Under the pieces are notes generated by a model. The model did not search any database and was not told the origin of the DNA. It worked only from the letters and a program-made list of their open reading frames with translations. Positions 1-10,400 of a stretch of 64,000 nt of DNA are shown in pieces (positions within the stretch are counted from its first letter, which is position 1; each line of letters opens with the position of its first letter). The DNA comes from Desulfobacterales bacterium (GTDB taxonomy: Bacteria; Desulfobacterota; Desulfobacteria; Desulfobacterales; UBA5852). The stretch lies in NCBI GenBank assembly GCA_963674755.2, contig CAXXVS010000002.1, positions 960,001 through 1,024,000 of the forward strand, written 5' to 3'. The position numbers and the translations under genes are program-made.

Positions 1-2835
1 CGACCCGATATGATTTTCGCCTGGGATGAGGATCGCCCCACCGGCGAGGGGCATCACCGCTGGCAGGCCTTTTTGTGGCGGGAACTTACCCGGCGCCTGC
101 CCGGCATTCACCGGGCACGCCTATGGCAACGGACCATCGAAGTCTTGCGGCAGGGACGGTTCCCGGAAGGGGGCCTGCCGCCCCGTCTATCCGTCTTCGG
201 TATTTCCTATCTGCCACCTTTTTATTTGCAGGTGTTTCTTTCCCTGTCCGCTGTCATGGAGGTGGTCTTCTATCAGCTCAATCCCTGCCGTGAATACTGG
301 GCCGATATCGTCAGCCGGGGCGAGGAAACGCGCCTGCAGCGGCCCTGGCGGGAATCGGCCCGCTCGATACCGAAAGATGATTTTCACATGGAGGAGGGCA
401 ACCGGCTGCTGGCCTCCATGGGGCATCAGGGCCGGGCTTTCCATCGCTTGATGGGCGATTTCGATTGCCAGGTACAAGAGGATTTCCGGGATAACCCGGG
501 GGACTCCCTCCTGGCGCATATCCAGTCCGATATCCTCAACCTGCGTACCGGCCCCCCCGGGAGAAATGGGAACGGGCAACTTGGAAGAGATGGCTCTCTG
601 CAAATCCATGCCTGCCACAGCCCCATGCGCGAGGTCGAAGTGCTCCATGATTACGTGCTGGACTTCTTGAACAACGATGCGGACCTGCACCCCCGGGACA
701 TCCTGGTGCTGACACCGGATATCGACACCTATGCCCCCTATATCCAAGCTGTTTTCGGGGAGCCCGAAGACGAAACCCACCGCCTGGCTTTCAGCATTGC
801 CGACCGCAAGCCGGTAAAGGGCCATCCGGTGGTGGAAGCCTTCACTTATCTGCTGAACATCAACCAGTCCCGTTTTCCGGCCAGCGAACTGACCGCACTG
901 CTCGAAGCCCCGGCGGTACGTCGGGCCTTCGAACTGGCGGAAGACGACCTGCCGCTTATCGGTCAATGGATTGACGACACCCGCATTCGCTGGGGATTGG
1001 ATGGCCGTTCCAAAGCCCGTTGGGAATTACCGGCCCGGGAAGAAAACACCTGGCAGGCTGGCCTGGATCGTTTGGTCCTGGGCTATGCCTTCGCTCCTGA
1101 AAATCCGCAATTATTCAAGGGCATTCTGCCGGCCCCGCAGGCGGAAGCTTCGCATGGGGAAACCATTGGCCGCCTGGTGCGTTTTGTCGAAGCCTTGGGG
1201 GAATGGCAGATCCAAGCCGGCCGGCCCATGTCTTGGGATGGCTGGTTCGCCCGGCTTCGACAGCTTTTGGACACGTTTTTCAGCATTGGGCCGGAGAATT
1301 CCGAAGATGAAAACGACCTTCAACTGATCAGGCGACTGGTTGCCGGGATGCAACAGCAGGCCGTGGCGGCCCAGGCGGAGGAGGCTGTCGAAGTGGCGGT
1401 GGTCCGCACCTATCTTGAGCAACGCCTGGAAGAGGAACAGTCCGGCGGCGGGTTCATCTCCGGCGGAATTACCTTTGCGGCGCTCCTGCCCATGCGCAGC
1501 ATTCCCGCCAAAGTGATTTGTCTGCTGGGGATGAATCAGGATGGGTTCCCTCGCGAGGACCGTCCCCTGGGATTCGACCTCATGGCGGCAAATCCGCGTC
1601 CGGGCGACCGGTCCCGTCGCGACGACGACAAATATCTGTTTTTGGAAGCCTTGATTTCAGCCCGACAGATTTTCTATTTGAGTTATATCGGCTATGACAT
1701 TCAGGACAACGCCCGTCAGCCGCCCTCCGTCCTGATCAGCGAACTGATCGATTACATCGCCGAAGCGTATGGTCTTTCCGAATCGGATCTGATCGCCGGC
1801 CATCGCCTGCAGGGGTTTTCCGAAGCCTATTTCAACGGCGCGCATGCCGGCCTGTTCACCTACAGCCGCCAAGCCTGCGATGCGGCCCGCAGCCTGGCCC
1901 GCGCGCGCCGGACCGTCCCGGTGAAGGAACCATTTGTCAGCGGACCGCTGCCGGAATGGGATGATGGTTTCCAGACCGTGGACATCGAGACCCTTGGGCG
2001 GGCCCTGAGCCATCCCAGTCGTTTTCTGCTGGAAAAACGGATGGGGGTGAAACTCTACGACGATTCGAAGTCGGAAAACGACCGGGAAAGCTTTGCCTTG
2101 GATCCCCTGGAGCGCTTCAGCCTCGGGCAGGACGTGACCCGACAGTTGGTCATCCCGTCATCCAGCGTGAATCCCCTGGATATCGCCCGCGCCGAGGGGC
2201 GTCTCCCGCATGGCGCGCCCGGTTACATCAGCTTTGATGAGGTTTATAACGAGGCCGAAGATATTGCCGCGGCTGTGCGGCATTTTCAGCGCGATAGTCT
2301 CCCCGTCACCCACCCGGTGCAGGACCAGATCGATTCTTTTACCATAACCGGCGCTTTGACCACGATTTTTCCGGCCGGCCAACTATGTTATCGTTACGCC
2401 CATACGCGCGGCGTCGATCTGATCGACGCCTGGCTGCGTCATCTGCTCTGGTGCCGGGCAGCGACCCGTCCGGCGCAATGCGTAACCCTGGTCATCAACC
2501 GCGACGGTCGGCGGCGTTTTGGACCCGTGGACGGGGCCGGGGACCATCTTAGGACCATGCTGGCCCTTTACCGCCAGGCCGGGCACGGGCTGGTGCCGCT
2601 TTTCCCGAGGGCTTCCTGGCAGTATGCCACCCTGCGGTTTGAAAACGACCTTCCGCAGGAAACGGTCCTCGACCGTGTCCGATCCCGATGGCAGCAATCC
2701 TATGTCCTGCCCGGCGAGGCGGAAGATCCCTATATCCAGCAGTGCTTTGGGGAACGCGACCCCTTGGACGAAACCTTTGTCAGGATGGCGGAAACCCTTT
2801 TTGAACCCATCCTGGAACACAGCGCCCCCTTTTGA
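1..2835 (+). CDS. recC: Exodeoxyribonuclease V gamma subunit (5' partial; frame open from base 1)
   Basis: RecC-type motifs: FGISYLPP, NPCREYW, LLASMG, HACHSPMREVEVLHD, DILVLTPDIDTYAPYI, LLPMRSIP, GDRSRRDDDKYLFLEAL. No stop upstream of the first ATG in the window. recB and recD lie downstream. Confidence 0.95.
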   Translation, partial: RPDMIFAWDEDRPTGEGHHRWQAFLWRELTRRLPGIHRARLWQRTIEVLRQGRFPEGGLPPRLSVFGISYLPPFYLQVFLSLSAVMEVVFYQLNPCREYWADIVSRGEETRLQRPWRESARSIPKDDFHMEEGNRLLASMGHQGRAFHRLMGDFDCQVQEDFRDNPGDSLLAHIQSDILNLRTGPPGRNGNGQLGRDGSLQIHACHSPMREVEVLHDYVLDFLNNDADLHPRDILVLTPDIDTYAPYIQAVFGEPEDETHRLAFSIADRKPVKGHPVVEAFTYLLNINQSRFPASELTALLEAPAVRRAFELAEDDLPLIGQWIDDTRIRWGLDGRSKARWELPAREENTWQAGLDRLVLGYAFAPENPQLFKGILPAPQAEASHGETIGRLVRFVEALGEWQIQAGRPMSWDGWFARLRQLLDTFFSIGPENSEDENDLQLIRRLVAGMQQQAVAAQAEEAVEVAVVRTYLEQRLEEEQSGGGFISGGITFAALLPMRSIPAKVICLLGMNQDGFPREDRPLGFDLMAANPRPGDRSRRDDDKYLFLEALISARQIFYLSYIGYDIQDNARQPPSVLISELIDYIAEAYGLSESDLIAGHRLQGFSEAYFNGAHAGLFTYSRQACDAARSLARARRTVPVKEPFVSGPLPEWDDGFQTVDIETLGRALSHPSRFLLEKRMGVKLYDDSKSENDRESFALDPLERFSLGQDVTRQLVIPSSSVNPLDIARAEGRLPHGAPGYISFDEVYNEAEDIAAAVRHFQRDSLPVTHPVQDQIDSFTITGALTTIFPAGQLCYRYAHTRGVDLIDAWLRHLLWCRAATRPAQCVTLVINRDGRRRFGPVDGAGDHLRTMLALYRQAGHGLVPLFPRASWQYATLRFENDLPQETVLDRVRSRWQQSYVLPGEAEDPYIQQCFGERDPLDETFVRMAETLFEPILEHSAPF

Positions 2836-2867
2836 CATCGGTCGGAAAGGGATTGCCACCAGCCACT

Positions 2868-3530
2868 ATGGAAGAAGGCCAGGATCGTGTGCGACCCCGG
2901 AACGGAGCGGGGCGGATCAGCGCCATTCGATTGGAGACGTCCGGTCGTGTGAAACGCGCGGCGGTCTATGTGGACGATCGCCTGGCGGTTTATGCCCTTC
3001 CCGGCGAGGTGCAAAATCTTGTGATCGGTGAGGTGGTTCGTGGGGAAGAATTGCGCCAACTGCAGGAGGGCTATCAAAAGGGTGCCTATCTGCAAGCCGT
3101 TCGGTTTCTGGCAAGGCGGGATCGAAGTGTCCGAGAAGTGCAGCGGCATCTCTATGCCAAGGGGTGGGATGAAGCGGCCTGTGAGCACGCGGTGAACCGA
3201 CTGCAGCAGGAGCGGTTTCTCGATGACAAGGCCTTGGCCCGAAAATGGGTCGATTATCGCGCCCGCACCGCCCCGCGCAGCCGCAGGGTGATGATGCGGG
3301 AACTGGAGCAAAAGGGTCTCGACCGCCAAATCATCGGCGACGCGGTCGCCTCCATGGATGAAGAGGCCCTATCGCTGAGCTGTGCCCAAAAGAAGGCCCG
3401 GCAGTGGCAACGTTTTGCCGGCGACGAACGCCGGCAACGGATCATGGTGTTTTTGCAGCGCAAGGGCTTTCCTTATGCCATCTGCCGGGAAACGGCACGC
3501 AGGATGATTGCAGACGGGCAGGATGATTGA
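2868..3530 (+). CDS. recX: Regulatory protein RecX
   Basis: AVRFLARRDRSVREV..HL..KG, FLDD..LARKWV, ELEQKG and FLQRKGF form the RecX three-helix repeat pattern. Start ATG 2868 chosen; TTG 2832 is possible. Confidence 0.85.
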   Translation: MEEGQDRVRPRNGAGRISAIRLETSGRVKRAAVYVDDRLAVYALPGEVQNLVIGEVVRGEELRQLQEGYQKGAYLQAVRFLARRDRSVREVQRHLYAKGWDEAACEHAVNRLQQERFLDDKALARKWVDYRARTAPRSRRVMMRELEQKGLDRQIIGDAVASMDEEALSLSCAQKKARQWQRFAGDERRQRIMVFLQRKGFPYAICRETARRMIADGQDD

Positions 3531-3555
3531 CTTTTAACCCGCATACCATTATTAG
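3527..3555 (+). promoter_or_regulatory. Putative sigma70 promoter for the VUT transporter gene
   Basis: TTGACT (3527-3532), 17 nt spacer, TATTAG (3550-3555). Confidence 0.4.
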
Positions 3556-3652
3556 ACCTCCACACGGTGCTGGACGGAGCTTCGGGTGACCAGCCCATGA
3601 GAGGAGGGCAGGGTTGGCAACCGTCGACGGCCGGCAAGGAGATGATTTAGCT

Positions 3653-4171
3653 ATGGTTCCATCAATGCTATTGTATATTGTAGCGGTGCTGGCCGCCAAC
3701 TATACGGCTACTTGGTTCATGCCGTTGCCGCTTTTCGGACTGGTGTCTGTCGGCACCCTGGTTTTCGGCGTGACCTTTACCCAACGCGACCGGGTACACC
3801 GTTTCGGTCGCAAGGCGGTCTATGCCATGATTTTCGTGGCGGCGGTGGGGATGGTGCTCGAATCCCTTTTCCTTGGTGTCGAGTGGCGCATTATTCTGGC
3901 CTCGTTTCTGGCCATCGTGCTCAGCGAGGCCGCCGATACGGAAATCTATCACCGGCTGCTCCATCGCAGCTGGTTGCAGCGGGTGGCCGGATCCAACATC
4001 GTGAGCATCCCGCTGGACAGCCTGCTTTTCAACCTGATTGCCTTTTGGGGTGTTTTCGAGCCGACCATGCTGACGGCCATCATCTTCGGCGAAATTGTGA
4101 CCAAATTCTCCACCGGTGCGTTGGCCGCCCTGTGGCGGGCGCCGCGCAAGATCGAAAACGTACCGGCCTGA
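3653..4171 (+). CDS. VUT-family (YhhQ-like) queuosine precursor transporter
   Basis: Hydrophobic ~172 aa protein with AAN..., GTLVFGVTFTQRDRVH..FG, RIILAS..A..SE..DT.IY and R..GSN.VS.PLDS.LF..IAF.G. AAGGAG RBS at 3636-3641. Confidence 0.85.
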   Translation: MVPSMLLYIVAVLAANYTATWFMPLPLFGLVSVGTLVFGVTFTQRDRVHRFGRKAVYAMIFVAAVGMVLESLFLGVEWRIILASFLAIVLSEAADTEIYHRLLHRSWLQRVAGSNIVSIPLDSLLFNLIAFWGVFEPTMLTAIIFGEIVTKFSTGALAALWRAPRKIENVPA

Positions 4172-4187
4172 TCGACAGGAGGATGCC

Positions 4188-4553
4188 ATGGGCCAAGTCG
4201 CGCAACCAGTTCACCGAAAGGTTGAAAGACGGGTCGCCCCCCGGTTCGGGGTTGAATGCTGGGCGGAAGAATGCTTCGATGCCGGGGTGTATTTCCACCG
4301 TGTGACCAATCTTAGCCGGGACGGTTTTTTTGTCGAAAAAAAACTGCCTTTCCGGGTGGGGCAAACCATCCGTATGCGGCTCGATCTGCCGGGTTTCGCC
4401 GACAAACCGGAAGCCCGATCGCGGGTGGTCAACAACTATCGCGACAAGCAGGACCAGTTGTGTGGTGCCGGATTCCAATTTTTGGATCTGGATGGGCAAT
4501 CCCGCAAGGTTATTGAAGCCTTTATCCAGCGCATGACGTTACGGAACAAATGA
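4188..4553 (+). CDS. PilZ domain (c-di-GMP-binding) protein
   Basis: ERRVAPR (RxxxR), NLSRDG (D/NxSxxG) and C-terminal GAGFQF. AGGAGG RBS before ATG 4188. Confidence 0.85.
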   Translation: MGQVAQPVHRKVERRVAPRFGVECWAEECFDAGVYFHRVTNLSRDGFFVEKKLPFRVGQTIRMRLDLPGFADKPEARSRVVNNYRDKQDQLCGAGFQFLDLDGQSRKVIEAFIQRMTLRNK

Positions 4554-4618
4554 GGCCGATCAAAAACCGTCCCTGCGCCACAAAAGCTGTTATGCCCGGA
4601 TCGTCATAAGGAGCGGCC

Positions 4619-4957
4619 ATGACACTGACCAAATACCTCCAAAAAGCGGGCCGGTTTGAAATTCAGCCCTATCGCCGGAAGGTGGATCAACGCCGGCTAT
4701 CCGAATCCCACATTGCCTACTCCGGGTCGCCGTTCAAACACCCCGACAACCCGGACAAGGTGATTCTGCTCGCCGATCCCTTCAGCCAGAATACCTTTTA
4801 CTACGAGTTCAACAAAGAGGATATCACCCTTGCCGAAGACCTGCCCAGCATTGTCAACCTGGATGAAGAAACCCTGACGATGGTGCGCCTGTGGGTGAAG
4901 AAGGGGGTCCTGGCCGTGCGCTGCACACCCTTCCGGGTCGCCAACACCCTGGACTGA
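4619..4957 (+). CDS. Conserved-looking hypothetical protein (112 aa)
   Basis: AAGGAG RBS, clean ORF with globular composition (GSPFKHP, DPFS..TFYYEF, LWVKKG). No catalytic motif recognised. Confidence 0.7.
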   Translation: MTLTKYLQKAGRFEIQPYRRKVDQRRLSESHIAYSGSPFKHPDNPDKVILLADPFSQNTFYYEFNKEDITLAEDLPSIVNLDEETLTMVRLWVKKGVLAVRCTPFRVANTLD

Positions 4958-4992
4958 TCCAATGACGAAACCGTCATCGTTGGGTGTTGGCG

Positions 4993-5427
4993 CTAAAAGG
5001 CACCCAGCTGGCAAGGCCGCACCTTGATCGCCAGGGCTTCGCACACATTGGCCACTGCCAGGCGGGAAAGCTGCCAGCGATCGGCAATGGCCCAGGCGTC
5101 GCTACAGGGCAGGCGGCCGTCCCTGAGGGCGGCGCGAATCTCCTTTTCCAGTCCGGCATCCCATTGGTCGGCTTTCTTGACGATCCGCTTTTCCGGCTGA
5201 TAGCCGAATAACCCCAGCTGACAGCGCGACAGGCGTACCTCCATCAAATCCAGCGCCTGGCCAATATCCGCCGGGTCGCATGCCAGCCGTTTGGCTACCC
5301 CATGAGCAGCAGCGCAACTGATAAGCCCCCCCTTGATTTTCTCCCCCAACGCCGCGGCCAGACACTCTTCCAAGACGGCAGACGGGGGATGCTTGCTGGC
5401 ATAACCTTCACGATGGGATTCTGACAT
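4993..5427 (-). CDS. Hypothetical protein with a tandemly duplicated C...CQLGxF domain
   Basis: AAGGAGG RBS before ATG 5427. Two internal repeats: G.ISCAAAH..A...CQLGLF and G.LPCSDAW..A...CQLGAF. Confidence 0.8.
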   Translation of the reverse strand: MSESHREGYASKHPPSAVLEECLAAALGEKIKGGLISCAAAHGVAKRLACDPADIGQALDLMEVRLSRCQLGLFGYQPEKRIVKKADQWDAGLEKEIRAALRDGRLPCSDAWAIADRWQLSRLAVANVCEALAIKVRPCQLGAF

Positions 5428-5636
5428 TCGGTCCTCCTTTGGCCTGGGGGGCGGCAGCCCCCGGGATGCGTTGCTCTTCAATCAATTACCGGTTCACGCC
5501 TCTTGCCGGAGACCGGAGCCCACCGGCCGCCCTGAAAACCGGGCCGTTACCTTATGCCAAAAAGCACGATGCGATCAAGCATAGATCGGCATCAACTGTC
5601 CACTACAGGAAATCCGTTCACAGCCATCATCGGAAA

Positions 5637-5665
5637 TTGACACTACCGGACAGGATTGATAGGGT
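5637..5665 (+). promoter_or_regulatory. Putative sigma70 promoter of paaK
   Basis: Perfect TTGACA (5637-5642), 17 nt spacer, TAGGGT (5660-5665). Confidence 0.55.
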
Positions 5666-5753
5666 GGCCGGACGTTTCAGACTGCCTGCCGGGATAGCGC
5701 TCCGGCAGACAGTCTGGCGTCTTTTCCGTCGAACACCCCAGAGGAGAATTGGG

Positions 5754-7064
5754 ATGACAACCAATGCGCGTTTCATGCCGGCTTTCGCCACCCCGGAGGA
5801 ACTCCGTGCTCACCAGCTCAAAGGACTGCAATGGACGGTAGCCCATACCTATAACGAATCCCCAGATTACCGCCAAAAATTTGATGCGGCCGGTGTGACA
5901 CCGGCGGACATTCAGGAGCTGGATGACCTGCGGCGTCTGCCCTTTACCACGGCCGACGACTTGCGCAACGGCTATCCTTTTCCGCTGCGCTGCGTACCGT
6001 TCGAGAAAATCATCCGGATTCATTCCAGCAGCGGGACCACCGGCAAACGCAAAAACCTGTGCTACACCCAAAAAGATGTCGATGACTGGGCCCATTTTTT
6101 TGCCCGTTGCTATCAGATGGCCGGTGTGACCGCTCAAGACCGGGTTCAAATTGCGGTAGGGTATGGCGTTTGGACCGCAGGTGTGGGGTTTCAGGCAGGC
6201 TGTGAAAAGATCGGCGCCATGGCCCTGCCGGCCGGACCGGGCAACGTGGACCTGCAATGTCAATTCATGCTGGATCTGCAATCTACCGTGCTGTGTTGCA
6301 CCGCTTCCATGGGACTTTTGTTGGCCGAGGAAATCAAACGGCGCGGATTGAGCGATCTCATCAGCATTCGTAAGATCATCTACGGTTCGGAGCGTTCGTC
6401 CCGGTCCATGCGGGAGAAGATCAGCAGCCTCCTGGGGGGCGCTGAATTGTTTGATATCACCGGCCTGACGGAATTATATGGCCCGGGAACCGGCATCGAG
6501 TGCCGCCACCACGATTGCATCCACTACTGGGCCGACTACTTCCTGCTTGAAATCATCGATCCGGAAACCCTCCAGCCCGTGGAAGACGGGGCGTGGGGGG
6601 AGATGGTGATCACCAGCCTGAGTAAGGAAGCCGTGCCCCTGATTCGCTACCGCACCCGGGATATTACCCGCATCCTTCCGGGCCCCTGCAGCTGCGGCAG
6701 CATCATGCCCCGGCATTCGCGCATCATGGGCCGCACCGACGATATGTTCAAGTTCCGGGCGGTAAATATTTACCCCTCGCATATCGACAAGATTATCTCG
6801 GGCCTGGCCGGATTGGGGTCGGAATACCAAATCCACCTCATCCGCGATGCCTCTGAACGGGGGGTCATGCGCATTGTCTGCGAGATCGGCGAAGAGGCCC
6901 ACATGGAAGAATCGCAACCCCTGGCGGCCATGCTGGTGAAGAAAATCAAGCGCGAACTGATGGTCACCCCGGAAGTAGAGCTCGTGGCCTATGGAAGCCT
7001 GCCGCGTTCGGAACGCAAGAGCCAGCGTGTTTTCGATACACGCATCCAGGATTCGATCATCTAA
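5754..7064 (+). CDS. paaK: Phenylacetate--CoA ligase family protein
   Basis: HSSSGTTGK AMP-binding loop, GYGVWTAG, GLTELYGPG, PLIRYRTRD, GRTDDM and LPRSERK. GAGGAG RBS before ATG 5754. Confidence 0.9.
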   Translation: MTTNARFMPAFATPEELRAHQLKGLQWTVAHTYNESPDYRQKFDAAGVTPADIQELDDLRRLPFTTADDLRNGYPFPLRCVPFEKIIRIHSSSGTTGKRKNLCYTQKDVDDWAHFFARCYQMAGVTAQDRVQIAVGYGVWTAGVGFQAGCEKIGAMALPAGPGNVDLQCQFMLDLQSTVLCCTASMGLLLAEEIKRRGLSDLISIRKIIYGSERSSRSMREKISSLLGGAELFDITGLTELYGPGTGIECRHHDCIHYWADYFLLEIIDPETLQPVEDGAWGEMVITSLSKEAVPLIRYRTRDITRILPGPCSCGSIMPRHSRIMGRTDDMFKFRAVNIYPSHIDKIISGLAGLGSEYQIHLIRDASERGVMRIVCEIGEEAHMEESQPLAAMLVKKIKRELMVTPEVELVAYGSLPRSERKSQRVFDTRIQDSII

Positions 7065-7146
7065 GGTCTCTGGACGGACACCGCGGTGGCTGAATAAAGC
7101 CTGGTTTTAGCAAAGAACCCCTAAGTTCCCGGCGGCGGCGTAATTC

Positions 7147-7401
7147 ATGGCAAGAGAATCGCCCTTTGTGGTCATCCCCTTCCAAAGACTGAGTGCGGAG
7201 GCCCTGACCGGATTGATAGAGGCCTATGTCAACCGGGAAGGCACGGACTACGGGCATGGGACGGCCCCCTCGCTGTCCCAGAAGGTCGTCCAGGTGCGTC
7301 GCCAGTTGGAGGAGGGGACCGCGGTGATCGTTTTTGACCCCGCCCTCCAAAACTGTAATATCATTCCCCGGCACACGCTGCCCAAGACGTCCGACTCCTA
7401 A
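7147..7401 (+). CDS. YheU family protein
   Basis: IP...LS.EAL.GLIE.YV.REGTDYG...L..KV.QV..QL..G.A.IVFD signature. Confidence 0.85.
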   Translation: MARESPFVVIPFQRLSAEALTGLIEAYVNREGTDYGHGTAPSLSQKVVQVRRQLEEGTAVIVFDPALQNCNIIPRHTLPKTSDS

Positions 7402-7432
7402 CCTTAAGTAGGCGGGTGAAGCCCTTCTTGCC

Positions 7433-10400
7433 ATGCAAGCTTTCGATCCTATCCAGAGTCCGCTGCACGGCAAATGCCTGATCGAAGCCGGTGCGGGAAC
7501 CGGCAAGACTTACGCCATCACCACCCTGGTGCTGCGCCTGATCCTTGAAAAAGCCCTGCCGGTGGAAACGATTCTCGTCGTAACCTTTACCACCGCGGCC
7601 ACGGCCGAATTGCGGGATCGCTTGCGCCGCCGGTTGAAGACCGCCCAAAGGATCCTACGGGGAGAGGCGTGTGACGATCCGCAACTAAATCGTCTAATTG
7701 CCGACTGCCGCCCTAAAGAAACGGCCACCGAGCGGCTGGAAGACGCCCTGGCGAATTATGACCGCATGCCGGTTTTCACCATTCATGGGTTTTGCCAGCG
7801 AATCCTCAACGAAATGGCTTTTGAAACCGGCAGCGCTTTTGACGCCGAACTCGTGACGGACACGACCCCTCTGATTCAGCGGCTGGCCGATGATTTCTGG
7901 CGTAAAACCTGGACCGCAGCCGCCCCGGAACTCATGCGGTTTGCCTTGCCCCGGATGAAAAGTCCCGACCATCTGGCCCTGTTGTACCGGCGCTATGCGG
8001 TTCCGTTGATGGACATCCAACCGGACGCGACTCCGGCAGCGCCCTCCATGGAGACCTTTCGAACGCAATGGTCCCAGATACGGGACCATTGGCCGTTATG
8101 CCGTGACGACGTCTTGGCCCTGCTGGCATCACCCGGCCTCAAGGCCAATATCTATGGTCGCCCGACCGATTCCGGCCACTTGGGCGCATTCCGCACCCCG
8201 CGGGAAGAAAAGATTCAAACCTGGGCCGGCGAACTGGACCGGTGGACACGATCGCCGACCAACGCCTTTCCGCCGCCGGAAGCCCTGGCCTATTTCACCT
8301 CCGGCAAACTCGTCCAGTCCGTCAAGAAAGGTGCTCCGGTTCCCCGGCATTCCTTTTTCGAGCAATGTGAACGCCTGCAGGAAGAGGCCCGTCGTCTGGA
8401 GGCACAGTTGCAGGCCTGGCTCGTTGGGACTTTTGTGAACTTCTTCCAGGCGATGGCGGCAGGACTGCGCCAGATCAAACAGGAGCAACAAGTCCTGTTT
8501 TTCGATGATCTTCTCATGAAGGTTCACGAGGCCCTGCAGCAAAAGGGCAACAGCGCTTTGAAGCACATGCTGAGGATGCGCTATCGTGCTGCCCTGATTG
8601 ACGAATTCCAGGATACGGACGCCATCCAATACGCGATTTTCAACGATCTCTTCGGGGGGGGCGAACACCTGATGGCCATGATCGGCGATCCGAAACAGGC
8701 CATTTACAGTTTTCGGGGGGCCGACATCTTTACCTACCTGTACGCCGCCCAGGATGCCCCGCAGCGCTACACCTTGACACGGAACTGGCGTTCCACCCCG
8801 CACATGGTTGAGGCCCAGAACAGTCTCTTCGGCCATCATGCCCGGCCCTTCCTGTGGCCTGAGATCGCCTACCATCGGGCCCTGGCCGCGCGGGGGGAAA
8901 TGCCCGCCGGCCAGGAAGGGGATCGTCCTCCTCCCTTGACCGTGTGGTACTTCGACAACCCTGCGGTGACCATGCGGCGTCGGGCCTTCAATAAGCAGAC
9001 GGCCGGCCAGCGTATTCTGGCAACCCTGGCCAGTGAAGTGCGGCGGCTGGCCGCTGCATCGCCGCCCGGGGAGGGCTGCGCCGTTTTCCAGGACATGGCG
9101 GTTCTGGTGCGCACCAACCGGCAGGCCCAGGAGGTGAAACATTGTCTGGCCGAGGCAGGCGTTCCCGCCGTCATCTACAATGCGGGCAGTGTGTTCCACC
9201 AGCCGGAAGCCCTTGACCTGCGGCGCCTGCTGCGGGCCGTAGCGGATCCGAGTGGCGAAAGCCGGCTGCGCACGGTGCTCACGACACCCCTGTTCGGCTG
9301 CCACAGTGAGGCCCTGGTCTTCGAGGATGCCGGACCGGACTGGTGGGCCGCCATGGTGGACCGCTTTTTCGGGTATCGCGAGCTGTGGCACCGGGATGGG
9401 TTCATCCGCATGTTCCGGCAGCTGGTCTTACGGGAACAAATTGTCGCACGACTGCTGGCCGGCCCCGGCGGAGAACGGTATCTCACCAATGTGCTGCACT
9501 TGGCGGAATTGCTGCACCAGGCCTCGCTTGAACGGGAACTGGGCATCGCTGAACTCATTCAATGGATGGATGTCCGGCGCATGCAGGCCAACGACACCGC
9601 CGATGCCCACCAGATGCGGCTGGAAAGCGACGATCAGGCCGTCACCATCATGACGGTTCACAAAAGCAAAGGGCTGGAATTCCCCATCGTGTTCTATCCC
9701 TTCGCTTGGGAAGGGCCGGCGCCGCCACGCCCTCCGGCCCTTTGCCATCAGGACGACCGCGACGGACATCGCCTGCTGGATCTGGGGTCCGATCAGCTGG
9801 AGAGCAACCTGGCCAAGATGGCGGAGGAACAGCTGGCCGAGGAAATCCGTCTGTTATATGTCGCCGTCACCCGGGCCAAAGAACGTTGTTATCTCGTTTG
9901 GGGGCCGCTGCCCTCGAGCGAGCACTCCGCCCTGGCCTACCTGCTCTATGGTGGAGGTGACGATGCTAAGACCGATGAGCAGGGGATGCGGCCGAAAATC
10001 GCCACCGCTTTCCGGGGGGCGGATGACACGGCCTACCGGGCGCCCATCGAAGCCCTGGTTGGGCAGTCGCAAGGCACGCTGGCGCTGGTCGATCTGCCGG
10101 AATCGTCCTCCGACCAAAGGCCAGCGTTGTTTCCGCCCGAATCACCGCACGAACGCCATGCCCGTCAGTATAAGCGGGGCCCAATGCCGGTCTGGAAGGT
10201 GGCCAGCTTTTCCTCTTTCATCAGCAAGCGCCGTGACGACGGTGAAATCCGGGAGGGGGGCTTGGAGAAAGAGGATCCCTATGGCGAAAGCCTTTCTTCT
10301 GAGGCGCATCGGGATCCATCCCGCGACATCGGCGAAATCGCCCGCTTTGAGGCCGGCCCGCGGGCCGGCGTCTTTCTGCACGAGATTCTGGAAAAGATCG

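Noticed and set aside
3575..3650. SAM-I riboswitch resemblance (GCCCATGA, GGCAACC, GAGATGA)
   Set aside because: The 5' ATC-AGAG strand and the GGTGC-AA-TCC core are missing, and the downstream gene is not methionine-related.
4619..4957. Possible inorganic pyrophosphatase label for this small protein
   Set aside because: Too short, and no family I DxDPxD or DHH motif is visible. Left as hypothetical.
5439..5753. 105 aa N-terminal extension of PaaK in the ORF track
   Set aside because: The interval contains a promoter, hairpin and RBS pointing to ATG 5754, and the extension has non-protein-like composition.
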